From the NCBI GenBank assembly GCA_019747795.1, contig JAIEQK010000035.1, positions 3,665-67,664 on the forward strand: a stretch of DNA of 64,000 nucleotides, given 5' to 3'. The notes under the pieces were generated by a model, which searched no databases, had not been told where the DNA came from, and was given only the letters and a program-made list of their open reading frames with translations. Positions 8,591 to 17,079 of this stretch are shown here, in pieces. The position numbers and the translations under genes are program-made. Every line of letters begins with the position of its first letter. The first letter of the stretch is position 1. Source of the stretch: Gammaproteobacteria bacterium. Its GTDB lineage: Bacteria; Pseudomonadota; Gammaproteobacteria; Ga0077536.

Positions 8591-9607
8591 ATGAAGATCG
8601 ACACCCTGCTGGCGCCTGGCGCGCCGACCGCCATTGCCGCCACGGCACGCGAGTACGAAGCCCTGGGCTTCGACTGCCTGTGGACCTTCGAGGCCATGAG
8701 CGATGCCTTCATTCCGCTGGCCCACGCCGCCGCCGCGACCTCGCGCATCGACATCGGCACCAACATCGCGGTCGCCTTCGCCCGCTCGCCCTTCGCCATG
8801 GCGCAGATCGCCTGGGACCTGCAGCGCGATTCCGGCGGTCGCTTCCGTCTCGGCCTCGGCACCCAGGTGCGCGCGCACGTCGAGAAGCGCTTCTCCATGC
8901 CCTTCGACAAGCCGGCGGCGCGGGTCGCGGACTACATCCGCTGCGTGCGCGCGGTGTGGAACACCTTCCAGACCGGCGCGCGTCCGGACTACGAAGGGCC
9001 GTTCTACCGTTTCAAGCTGATCAACGCCTTCTTCAACGGCGGACCCATCGAGCATCCGCGCATCCCGATCTACCTGGCCGGCGTCAACACCGGCATGTGC
9101 CGCGTGGCGGGCGAGGTCGCCGACGGCTTCCACGTCCACCCGGTGAACACCGCCGATTACCTGCGCCAGGTGGTCCGGCCGGCCATCGAGGAGGGCACCC
9201 GGGCCGCCGGTCGCTCGATGGCCGACCTCGAACTCTACGCGCCGATCTTCATCATCACCGGCGAGACCCAGGCCGAGTTCGACCAGATGGAGCAGCTCGT
9301 GCGCCGGCAGATAGCGTTCTACGGCGCCACGCCGACCTACGCCAGCGTGTTCGAGCACCACGGCTACACCGAGCTCGGCCGCAAGCTCGGCGGGCTCCTG
9401 CGCGAGGGCAAGCTGGACGAGATGGGCGCGGCGATCCCGGCCGACCTGCTCGAGCAGATCGCGGTCATCGACCAGCCCGCCAACATCGGCACGCGCCTGC
9501 GCGAGCGTTACGACGGCGTGCTGGACCGGGTCGCGCTCTATCGCAGCATGGGCGGCGATGGCGAGTTCAACCGCTGGCGCGAGCTGGTGTCGGCCATCCA
9601 TGCCTGA
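8591..9607 (+). CDS. luciferase-like monooxygenase (LLM) family oxidoreductase, of the type usually annotated F420-dependent
   Basis: 338 aa. Contains FDCLWTFEA...IDIGTNIAVAFARSP...RFRLGLGTQVRAHVEKRF. Clear paralogue of the gene at 51372..52418. Confidence 0.8.
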   Translation: MKIDTLLAPGAPTAIAATAREYEALGFDCLWTFEAMSDAFIPLAHAAAATSRIDIGTNIAVAFARSPFAMAQIAWDLQRDSGGRFRLGLGTQVRAHVEKRFSMPFDKPAARVADYIRCVRAVWNTFQTGARPDYEGPFYRFKLINAFFNGGPIEHPRIPIYLAGVNTGMCRVAGEVADGFHVHPVNTADYLRQVVRPAIEEGTRAAGRSMADLELYAPIFIITGETQAEFDQMEQLVRRQIAFYGATPTYASVFEHHGYTELGRKLGGLLREGKLDEMGAAIPADLLEQIAVIDQPANIGTRLRERYDGVLDRVALYRSMGGDGEFNRWRELVSAIHA

Positions 9608-9660
9608 GAGTCCGCCCTCCGGCCACCGGGCCGGCGCGCGGGGGTGATCAACCGCGCGCG

Positions 9661-9683
9661 GCTTGACCTGGCTCAAGCCGCGC
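9661..9683 (+). promoter_or_regulatory. putative FNR/CRP-family box TTGAC-N4-CTCAA inside a 23-mer repeated at 53275..53297
   Basis: gcTTGACctggCTCAAgccgcgc lies about 40 nt upstream of the hemN ATG. 21 of 23 nt are identical to the second copy. Confidence 0.35.
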
Positions 9684-9708
9684 CCGTCGTCGTGGAGCAG
9701 AGTGGGCC

Positions 9709-11109
9709 ATGGTCGACGCCGCCACGAGTCAAGCTTCGTTGTTCTCGCCCGAACTGATCGCGAAATACGATCTGGCCGGGCCTCGCTACACCTCCTACCC
9801 GACCGCCGCGCAGTTCAGCGACGGCTACACAGTCGCGGACTACACCGCCGCGGCGACGGCCAGCAATCGCGCCGGCGCGGAGCTCTCGCTCTACGTGCAC
9901 ATTCCGTTCTGCAGCACGGTGTGCTTCTACTGCGGCTGCAACAAGGTCATCACCAAGAACCGCGCGCACGCGGCCAACTACCTCATGCGTCTCGGCGAGG
10001 AGATCCGCCTGCAGGGCGAGCTCTACGACGACACGCGCGCGGTGCGCCAGATGCACTGGGGCGGCGGCACGCCGACCTTTCTCGATCACGCCCAGACCGA
10101 GCAGCTGATGGGGCTGCTGGAAGCGCACTTCCGCTGCGAGAGCGGGCCGGACAGCGAGTTCTCCATCGAGATCGATCCGCGCGCCTGCCAGCCCGGCACG
10201 CTCGGGCACCTGCGTTCGCTCGGCTTCAATCGCGTGAGCTTCGGCGTGCAGGACTTCGATCCCAAGGTGCAGGTGGCGGTGAACCGGCTGCAGAGCCAGG
10301 CCATCACCTTCGGCGCCATCCAGGAGGCGCGCGACCAGGGCTTCGGCTCGGTGAGCCTCGATCTCATCTACGGACTGCCGTGCCAGACCCGCGCCTCCTT
10401 CGCGCGCACGCTCTCCGAGGTCATCGCCATCCGGCCCGAGCGGCTGTCGGTGTTCAACTACGCGCACCTGCCGCACCTGTTCAAGAGCCAGAATCGCATC
10501 GACGCGTCGACCCTGCCGTCGCCGGCCGAGAAGCTCGCCATCCTCGACTACACCATCGAGGTGCTGGGGGTGGCCGGCTACCAGTACATCGGCATGGACC
10601 ATTTCGCGCTGCCCCACGACGAGCTCGCGCGCGCGCAGCGCGCCGGCACCCTGCATCGCAACTTCCAGGGCTATTCCACCCACGCGGGCTGTGACCTGGT
10701 GGGGCTGGGCGTGAGCAGCATCGGCATGCTGGAAGGCAGCTATCACCAGAACCTGAAGACCCTGCCCGAGTACTACGCGGCATTGGACGATGGGCGCCTG
10801 CCGGTCACCCGCGGCGTGCTGCTGGATGACGACGATCGTCTGCGGCGGCACGTGATCATGCGCCTGGTATGCGCCCAGGATCTCGACATCGCCGCCACCG
10901 AGGCGCGCTTCGGCATCGACTTCCGCAGCTACTTCGCCGCGTCGCTGGCGCGGCTCGCCGGCATGGCCGAGGACGGGCTGGTCGAGATCCTGCCCGGTGT
11001 GATCCGCGTGCGTGACGCAGGACGCATGTTCCTGCGCCAGATCTGCATGTGTTTCGACCGCTATGTCGGCGCTGCCGAACAGGGCACACGTTTCTCACGC
11101 GCCATCTGA
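9709..11109 (+). CDS. hemN: oxygen-independent coproporphyrinogen III oxidase (radical SAM)
   Basis: GPRYTSYPTA, the radical-SAM CX3CX2C (CSTVCFYC) and full length of 466 aa match HemN. Confidence 0.9.
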   Translation: MVDAATSQASLFSPELIAKYDLAGPRYTSYPTAAQFSDGYTVADYTAAATASNRAGAELSLYVHIPFCSTVCFYCGCNKVITKNRAHAANYLMRLGEEIRLQGELYDDTRAVRQMHWGGGTPTFLDHAQTEQLMGLLEAHFRCESGPDSEFSIEIDPRACQPGTLGHLRSLGFNRVSFGVQDFDPKVQVAVNRLQSQAITFGAIQEARDQGFGSVSLDLIYGLPCQTRASFARTLSEVIAIRPERLSVFNYAHLPHLFKSQNRIDASTLPSPAEKLAILDYTIEVLGVAGYQYIGMDHFALPHDELARAQRAGTLHRNFQGYSTHAGCDLVGLGVSSIGMLEGSYHQNLKTLPEYYAALDDGRLPVTRGVLLDDDDRLRRHVIMRLVCAQDLDIAATEARFGIDFRSYFAASLARLAGMAEDGLVEILPGVIRVRDAGRMFLRQICMCFDRYVGAAEQGTRFSRAI

Positions 11110-11150
11110 GGCTACACTGGCCGGCCCCGCGGCCTGGTTCGAGCGTGCGC

Positions 11151-13292
11151 ATGCAGCCCCGTAATCTCCCTTCCGTCGACGACCGAGCGCTCCACCTGCC
11201 GCTGCAGCCCGTGGCCGAGGACATCTGGTCGCGCAAGTACTGCCTGCGCGCGGCCGACGGCAGCGCGCTGGATGCGTCGCCCGACGCGACCTTGGAGCGT
11301 GTCGCGACCGCGCTCGCGGTGGTGGAGGACGGCGCGGCGGCCCAGCGTCACTGGCGCGAGGAATTCCTGTGGGCGCTCAGGCAGGGCGCGCTGCCGGCCG
11401 GCCGCATCCTGGCCAATGCCGGCGCCGGGGCACACAAGCCCGCCACCTCGACCATCAACTGCACCGTGTCCGGCACCATCCACGATGCGATGGAGGACAT
11501 CCTCGGCAAGCTCTACGAGGCCGGCCTCACGCTCAAGGCCGGCTGCGGCATCGGCTACGAATTCTCGACCCTCAGACCACGCGACGCCTTCGTCTCCGGG
11601 GCCGGTGCGCGCACCTCGGGTCCGCTGTCCTTCATGGGCATCTACGACCGCATGTGTCTCACCATCTCGTCCGCCGGGGGCCGGCGCGGCGCGCAGATGG
11701 CGACCTTCGACGTCGGACACCCCGACGTGCTCGAGTTCATTCGCGCCAAGCGCGAGGACGGCGTACTGCGCCAGTTCAATCTCTCGCTCCTGGTGACGCG
11801 CGAGTTCGTGGAGGCGGTGCAGGCCGATGCCGAGTGGGCGCTGGCCTTTCCGGCCGCCGAGCGCGAGTTCGAACTCGAAGGCCTGGACCCGGCCGATCCG
11901 GCACGGATCGTCTGGCGGCATTGGCCGACCACCGACGGCTACCGGGTCGATGCCGAGGGACGGGTTGCGTGCCGCGTCTATCGCCGACTGCCGGCGCGCG
12001 AGGTGTGGGACGCGGTGATGCGCGCGACCTACGACTACGCCGAACCCGGGTTCATCCTCATCGACCGCTACAACGAGATGAACAACAACTGGTTCTGCGA
12101 GAACATTCGCGCGACCAATCCCTGCGGCGAGCAGGGCCTGCCGCCCTACGGCGCCTGCCTGCTGGGCTCGATCAATCTCACCGGCTTCGTGCTCGCGCCG
12201 CTCGGCGCCGCGGCGCGCTTCGACTGGGACAAGTTCCGCCGCGTGGTGGCGGTGTTCACCCGCATGCTGGACAACGTGGTCGAACTGCACGGCCTGCCGC
12301 TCTCGCGCCAGCGCGAGGAGATCGCGCGCAAGCGCCGCCATGGCATGGGTTTCCTCGGGCTCGGTTCGACCCTGGCGCTGCTCGGTCTGCGCTACGGCTC
12401 GCCCGAGGCGGTGAAGCTCACCGAGGACATCACCCGCGAGCTCGCGCTGGTCGGCTGGCGCACCGGGCTCGAACTCGCGCGCGAGAAGGGCGCGGCGCCG
12501 ATCATGGACGAAGAGTTCACCGTCACGCCGGCGATGCTGGCCGCGCGCCCTGAGATGGCGGCGGACGGCGTGCGGCCGGGCAGTGTCCTAAAGGGCCGCG
12601 TGCTGTGGGCGCGCTACAGTCGTTACATGCAGCAGGTGGCGAGCGTCGACCCGGAACTGGTCGAGGCCCTGTCGGCCGAGGGCGCGCGCTTCACCCATCA
12701 CAGTTCCATCGCGCCCACCGGCACCATCGCGCTGTCGCTCGGCAACAACGCGAGCAACGGCATCGAGCCGAGCTTCGCCCAGCGCTACCTGCGCAACGTC
12801 ATCACCAGCGGGCGCAAGACCAAGGAACAGGTCGAGGTCTGTTCCTACGAACTGCTCGCCTGGCGCGCGCTCGGGCACGGCCAGGGCGGCGAGGGTGTCG
12901 ACGCGCTGCCGGCGTCCTTCGTCACGGCCGATGACATTTCACCTGCCGAGCACATTGGGATGCAGGCGGCGGCGCAGCGCTGGATCGATTCGTCCATCTC
13001 CAAGACCGTGAACGTGCCGTCCGACCTGCCGTTCGACGAGTTCAAGGACTTGTATCTCATGGCCTACGCCCAGGGCCTCAAGGGCTGCACCACCTTCCGC
13101 TTCAATCCGAGCGCCTTCCAGGGCGTGCTGGTGAAGCAGGCGGATCTCGCCCGCACCGTGTACCGCTTCACGCTCGCCGACGGCAGCGTGGTCGAGGCGC
13201 GCGGTGACGAAGAGCTCGACTACGAGGGTGAGCGCCATACCGCGGCCAATCTCTACGACGCGATCAAGGAGGGCTACTACGGTGTGTACTGA
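11151..13292 (+). CDS. nrdJa: class II (adenosylcobalamin-dependent) ribonucleotide reductase, large N-terminal polypeptide
   Basis: ATG at 11151 within ORF 11049..13292. Contains STINCTVSG, GGRRGAQMATF and NPCGEQGLPPYGACLLGSINL. It ends before the usual C-terminal region. Confidence 0.9.
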   Translation: MQPRNLPSVDDRALHLPLQPVAEDIWSRKYCLRAADGSALDASPDATLERVATALAVVEDGAAAQRHWREEFLWALRQGALPAGRILANAGAGAHKPATSTINCTVSGTIHDAMEDILGKLYEAGLTLKAGCGIGYEFSTLRPRDAFVSGAGARTSGPLSFMGIYDRMCLTISSAGGRRGAQMATFDVGHPDVLEFIRAKREDGVLRQFNLSLLVTREFVEAVQADAEWALAFPAAEREFELEGLDPADPARIVWRHWPTTDGYRVDAEGRVACRVYRRLPAREVWDAVMRATYDYAEPGFILIDRYNEMNNNWFCENIRATNPCGEQGLPPYGACLLGSINLTGFVLAPLGAAARFDWDKFRRVVAVFTRMLDNVVELHGLPLSRQREEIARKRRHGMGFLGLGSTLALLGLRYGSPEAVKLTEDITRELALVGWRTGLELAREKGAAPIMDEEFTVTPAMLAARPEMAADGVRPGSVLKGRVLWARYSRYMQQVASVDPELVEALSAEGARFTHHSSIAPTGTIALSLGNNASNGIEPSFAQRYLRNVITSGRKTKEQVEVCSYELLAWRALGHGQGGEGVDALPASFVTADDISPAEHIGMQAAAQRWIDSSISKTVNVPSDLPFDEFKDLYLMAYAQGLKGCTTFRFNPSAFQGVLVKQADLARTVYRFTLADGSVVEARGDEELDYEGERHTAANLYDAIKEGYYGVY

Positions 13293-13319
13293 GGCATTGC
13301 GTGACTCGGAGAGCGGCCC

Positions 13320-13976
13320 ATGGTGAAGAAGATCGAGCAGCCCATCACCGGCGTGGAAGTGGTGAAGGCCGGCGCGGGCGCGGCGGTGGAGGCCGGCGCC
13401 GAGATCATCCAGATGCACGAGAAGGTCGAACGGCCGGAGGTGCTGGTCGGCGCGACCTACAAGATCAAGACGCCGCTGTCGGCCCACGCGCTGTACGTGA
13501 CCGTCAACGACATCGTGCTGAACGCGGGGACGTCCCACGAGCTGCGCCGACCCTTCGAGATCTTCATCAACTCGAAGAACATGGATCACTTCCAGTGGAT
13601 CGTGGCGCTCACGCGCATCATCTCCGCGGTGTTCCGCAAGGGCGGCGACGTGACCTTCCTGGTGGACGAGATGCGCAGCGTGTTCGATCCGCGCGGCGGC
13701 TACTTCAAGAAGGGCGGGCGCTACACGCCGTCCCTGGTGGCGGAGATCGGCGACGTCATCGAGGCCCACCTGCGTTCCATCGGCCTGCTCGGGCCGGCGC
13801 GCGGCAAGGGCGGCGAGAGCGCGTCACCCGAGCCGAGCGCGACCGTCGCGGACGCGGCCGAGTCCAGCGGTATTCCGCACGATGCCCTGCACTGCAGCCA
13901 CTGCTTCGCCAAGGCCGTCGTCGCGCTCGACAACTGCCTCACCTGCCTGAACTGCGGCGAGTCGAAGTGCGGGTGA
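13320..13976 (+). CDS. nrdJb: class II ribonucleotide reductase C-terminal polypeptide (TSCPD-type) with Cys-rich tail
   Basis: Starts 27 nt after the nrdJa stop, with GGAGAG upstream. Contains YKIKTPLSAHALYVTVNDI...PFEIFINSKNMDHFQWIVALTRIISAVFRKGGD. The tail is CSHC...CLTCLNCGESKCG. Confidence 0.85.
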   Translation: MVKKIEQPITGVEVVKAGAGAAVEAGAEIIQMHEKVERPEVLVGATYKIKTPLSAHALYVTVNDIVLNAGTSHELRRPFEIFINSKNMDHFQWIVALTRIISAVFRKGGDVTFLVDEMRSVFDPRGGYFKKGGRYTPSLVAEIGDVIEAHLRSIGLLGPARGKGGESASPEPSATVADAAESSGIPHDALHCSHCFAKAVVALDNCLTCLNCGESKCG

Positions 13977-13984
13977 GGTGACGG

Positions 13985-14139
13985 CTGTCGGGGTTCAAGC
14001 CGATATTCTGTTGTAGGTCGGGCTTCAGCCCGACATTCGGTTCCAGAGCCCTTATCGAGCACGGCGCGAATGTCGGACTGAAGTCCGACCTACACGCCTG
14101 GCTCGCAAGCCCTGTAGGTCGGGTTTCAACCCGACATTC
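13985..14139. repeat. REP cluster (three clear units plus one degenerate)
   Basis: Units are tgtaggtcgggcttcagcccgacattc (14012..14038), gaatgtcggactgaagtccgacctaca (14068..14094, inverted) and ctgtaggtcgggtttcaacccgacattc (14112..14139). A degenerate unit lies at 13985..14008. Confidence 0.85.
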
Positions 14140-14157
14140 CAATTCACCCGGCCTGGC

Positions 14158-16017
14158 TTACAGCCCCGCGATCTGCGGCAGGTTGGCGAATGCCGGGTCG
14201 TCCATGAACGAGATCTGATCGCTGAGCAGCTTGCGCATCTCCTCGACCTCGCGATAGAGCTGGTTGGCCGAGGCGAGCTTGGCCTCGAACTGCTTCTTCG
14301 CTTCCTGCAACTGGGCCTTCTGCCGGCTGATCTTGTTGGCGAGCCCGATGAGCTTCTTGTAGTAGCCGCGCAGCAGCTGTTCCTTGGCGCCGTACTCGCT
14401 GGCGTAGGTCTCGCGGATCAGCGCCTCGCGCCGCGCGAGTTCCTGTTCGTTGTCCTCGCGCATGCGCGCGAGCCGCGTCTGGTACTCGATGGCCGCGAGC
14501 GTGGTCTGGTTCTCCACCGCCTTGGCGATCTCGCCGCGCAGCCGGCCCTCCATCTCGGCCATCAGCTGGCCGATGGCGTCGCGCGGCGCGCGCTCCCTGG
14601 CGCCGGTCGCAGCGAGGTCGTCGCGATCCATCTCGGCGACCGGCGCGACGTAGGCCGCCGGCGTTGGCGCCGACGCCGGCGTCGCGAGGCTGTCGTGCTC
14701 GTCCTCCAGCGATTCGATGATCTCGGCCAGGGAGCGTCCCGTGGCCGTATCGGCAAAAGTCTCGACAGGCGTCGTGTCGTGCATGGCTCGTTCAGCCTCC
14801 GCGTAGGTCGATAGCCCAGCAATCTTGTTGAGGGTGTTTTCCAGCGGGTCGATGGGTCGGCCCGCCAGGCTGTTGGGATCCGCCGACGGCAGGGTCATCT
14901 CCGCGCCGGGGAAGTGGAGGACGGTGGCCTGGGTCGCATCGGCCTGTGGCAGGGCCACCAGGGCTTCCGGCAGGCGCGCGGCCACGGCCGCGATCGGCTC
15001 GCCCAAGTGGGCGACGGCGAAGCCGCGCTCTGCGAGCAGGAAGGCGCCGATGGCCGCCTGGTCGACCGCGTCGGCGCACACCACGTAACGAAAGTCCTTG
15101 CGCAGCCGGTTGCTCTGCAGGCGCAGCATGTTTACCGGGATGTTCTCGCTGCCGGCGAAGCCGCCGTTGGCGTGCTCCTCGGGATAGCGCACGTCGAGCC
15201 ACACCGCGCCGTCGGCGACGCGCGCCGCGGCGGCCTCGTAGCCCAGCGGCTCCAGCACGTGCGACAGGATCAGGTCGTCGAAGTCACGCTTCGGCAGTCG
15301 CATCAGCCGGCCGTCGGAGAGCATGGTGACGGTGGCGTTGCGCGGTGCGTTGGCGATAAGCGCCTCTTCGCCGAAGGCCGAGCCCGGCCCCAGGTCGGCC
15401 AGGTGGATCTGGCCGCGGCCGCCGACGATGGCGCGCGACACCTCGCAGTAGCCGCGCTCGATCACGTAGTAGTAGTCGCCGGGGGAGCCCTGCTGCACCA
15501 CCACCTCGTCGGCCTTCAGTTCGAGCTGTTCCATGCGCGCGAACACGCGCTGGATGCTGGTCGCCGGCAGGGTCGAGAAGAGCTCCGACTGCAGCATGCG
15601 GATCATCCAGTTGGACGAACGCGCGGTGGCTATCTCTGCGACCTCCAGTTCCTCACTGTCGGTCACGCCCTCGGCCTCGGCTTCGGTCACCAGGCGATCG
15701 AGCAGGCCCGCCGGCAGGACCACCACGCGCGCCGCGTCCACTGCGCGCACGCTATAGCGCTTGCGCCCGCTCGAATCCAGCGCGCGCAGCGCGGCCTTGT
15801 TGGTCGCGGAGAGGATGCGGTTGATCTTGCCGTGGTAGATGAGTTCCACCGTGCCGGAGAGCAGGTAGTAGACGAGGTCGTCCTCGAAGCCTTGCGCGTA
15901 GATCAGGGCCCCGCGCTCGTAGTGGCGCACCTCGGCCTGGCTGACCGCCTGGTCCTGCAGGTGGCGTGGCAGGCGCTGGAGCGGGATGAAAGCGCGGATA
16001 TGAGCGTCGGCGTCCAT
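14158..16017 (-). CDS. protein with two cyclic-nucleotide-binding domains, a rhodanese-like domain and a long C-terminal coiled coil
   Basis: Two cNMP-binding beta-barrels are present (GALIYAQGFEDD...; GDYYYVIERG...FGEEALI...RNATV). The rhodanese-like segment is VWLDVRYPEEH...YVVCADAVDQAA. The C-terminal 150 aa are heptad-rich. The ATG at 16017 is preferred over the track start at 16044. Confidence 0.8.
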   Translation of the reverse strand: MDADAHIRAFIPLQRLPRHLQDQAVSQAEVRHYERGALIYAQGFEDDLVYYLLSGTVELIYHGKINRILSATNKAALRALDSSGRKRYSVRAVDAARVVVLPAGLLDRLVTEAEAEGVTDSEELEVAEIATARSSNWMIRMLQSELFSTLPATSIQRVFARMEQLELKADEVVVQQGSPGDYYYVIERGYCEVSRAIVGGRGQIHLADLGPGSAFGEEALIANAPRNATVTMLSDGRLMRLPKRDFDDLILSHVLEPLGYEAAAARVADGAVWLDVRYPEEHANGGFAGSENIPVNMLRLQSNRLRKDFRYVVCADAVDQAAIGAFLLAERGFAVAHLGEPIAAVAARLPEALVALPQADATQATVLHFPGAEMTLPSADPNSLAGRPIDPLENTLNKIAGLSTYAEAERAMHDTTPVETFADTATGRSLAEIIESLEDEHDSLATPASAPTPAAYVAPVAEMDRDDLAATGARERAPRDAIGQLMAEMEGRLRGEIAKAVENQTTLAAIEYQTRLARMREDNEQELARREALIRETYASEYGAKEQLLRGYYKKLIGLANKISRQKAQLQEAKKQFEAKLASANQLYREVEEMRKLLSDQISFMDDPAFANLPQIAGL

Positions 16018-16061
16018 GGTTCGGCCCCGGAGTCGATCCGGCAAACCTCGCCAGATCCGTT

Positions 16062-16078
16062 AGTTACGGCGCATAACT
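16062..16078. promoter_or_regulatory. AT-rich island with inverted repeat AGTTA-N7-TAACT upstream of the cNMP-domain gene
   Basis: tagttacggcgcataacttaatttatttat is the only AT-rich stretch in this intergenic region of a very GC-rich sequence. Confidence 0.25.
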
Positions 16079-16170
16079 TAATTTATTTATGAGGAGAGGG
16101 GAAGGGTGGCGGAGAGCCGCCCGGGCGGGGGAGTGGTGGAAGGCCCGGGCGACGCGGCGGTGGGCGCCGC

Positions 16171-16959
16171 TCAGTCCGGGTAGTGGGCCGGCCGCTTGGC
16201 GAGGAAGGCGTCGATGCCCTCTTCGAAGAAGCCCGCGCTCGCGCACAGGATCTGGCCGCGATCCTCGAGCGCGATGGCGGCATCGAGGCTCGGCGCGTCG
16301 ATCGACAGGTTCAAGCCCTCCTTGGTCAGCCTGAGCCCCATGGGCGAGGTCTTCAGCATGTCTTCGGCAAAGCCGCGGCCGGTGGCCTCGAGCGACTCCC
16401 AGGGCACCACCGCCGACACCAGGCCCAGGCGCTCGGCGCGCTCCGCGGTGAGGAAGCGACCGGTCATCATCAGTTCCGCCGCCACCGAGGGGCCGACCGC
16501 GCGCGGCAGGAAGTAACTGATGCCGACGTCGCAGCCCGTGAGGCCGATCTTCACCATCGCCACGTTCATCTTGCAGTCGGGGGTGACAATCTTGACGTCG
16601 GATGCGAGCAGGAAGGCGAAGCCGCCGCCGGTCGCCGGCCCGTGGGCCAGGCAGATGATCGGCTGCGGGCAGCGACGCATGCGCTGGTAGACCTCGGCCA
16701 CCTGGCGCTGGAAACGCATGCCGACCACCGGGCCCGCGCTCACGCCGCCGGCCTCGTGCAGGTCGTAGCCGGCGCACAGCCCGCGGCCGGCGCCGCGCAG
16801 CATCACCACCCGCACCTCGTGGTTGAACTGCAGGCCGCCGAAGTAGTGCTGCAGTTCGTCGCACATCTGCGGCGTGATGGCATTGATGCGGGTCGGCCGG
16901 TTGAGCGTCAGCCAGTCCAGCGCGCCCTCGTGTTCGACGGTGATGGTTTCGTAGTGCAT
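16171..16959 (-). CDS. enoyl-CoA hydratase/isomerase (crotonase) family protein
   Basis: Internal ATG (cat 16957..16959). Contains LNRPTRINA...LRGAGRGLCAGYDL...GPATGGGF. Confidence 0.85.
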   Translation of the reverse strand: MHYETITVEHEGALDWLTLNRPTRINAITPQMCDELQHYFGGLQFNHEVRVVMLRGAGRGLCAGYDLHEAGGVSAGPVVGMRFQRQVAEVYQRMRRCPQPIICLAHGPATGGGFAFLLASDVKIVTPDCKMNVAMVKIGLTGCDVGISYFLPRAVGPSVAAELMMTGRFLTAERAERLGLVSAVVPWESLEATGRGFAEDMLKTSPMGLRLTKEGLNLSIDAPSLDAAIALEDRGQILCASAGFFEEGIDAFLAKRPAHYPD

Positions 16960-16983
16960 GTGTACTCTCCCTCGGAGCCGGCA

Positions 16984-17079
16984 TTGTAGGTCGGACTTCA
17001 GTCCGACATTCATCTAGCGCCGCTCTACGCTCTGAAATCGAATGTCGCACTGAAGTGCGACCTACAGTCCGACCTACAC
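16984..17079. repeat. REP doublet (REPIN-like) plus partial third unit
   Basis: Units are ttgtaggtcggacttcagtccgacattc (16984..17011), cgaatgtcgcactgaagtgcgacctacag (17039..17067) and tccgacctacac (17068..17079). Confidence 0.85.

Noticed and set aside
13985-14139. Short repeated units with spacers that might be taken for a small CRISPR array (also at 23450..23550 and 26132..26247).
   Set aside because: The units are hairpins that occur in both orientations, with irregular spacing of 2-50 nt and variable stems. There are no cas genes in the window. This pattern fits REP/REPIN elements, not CRISPR.
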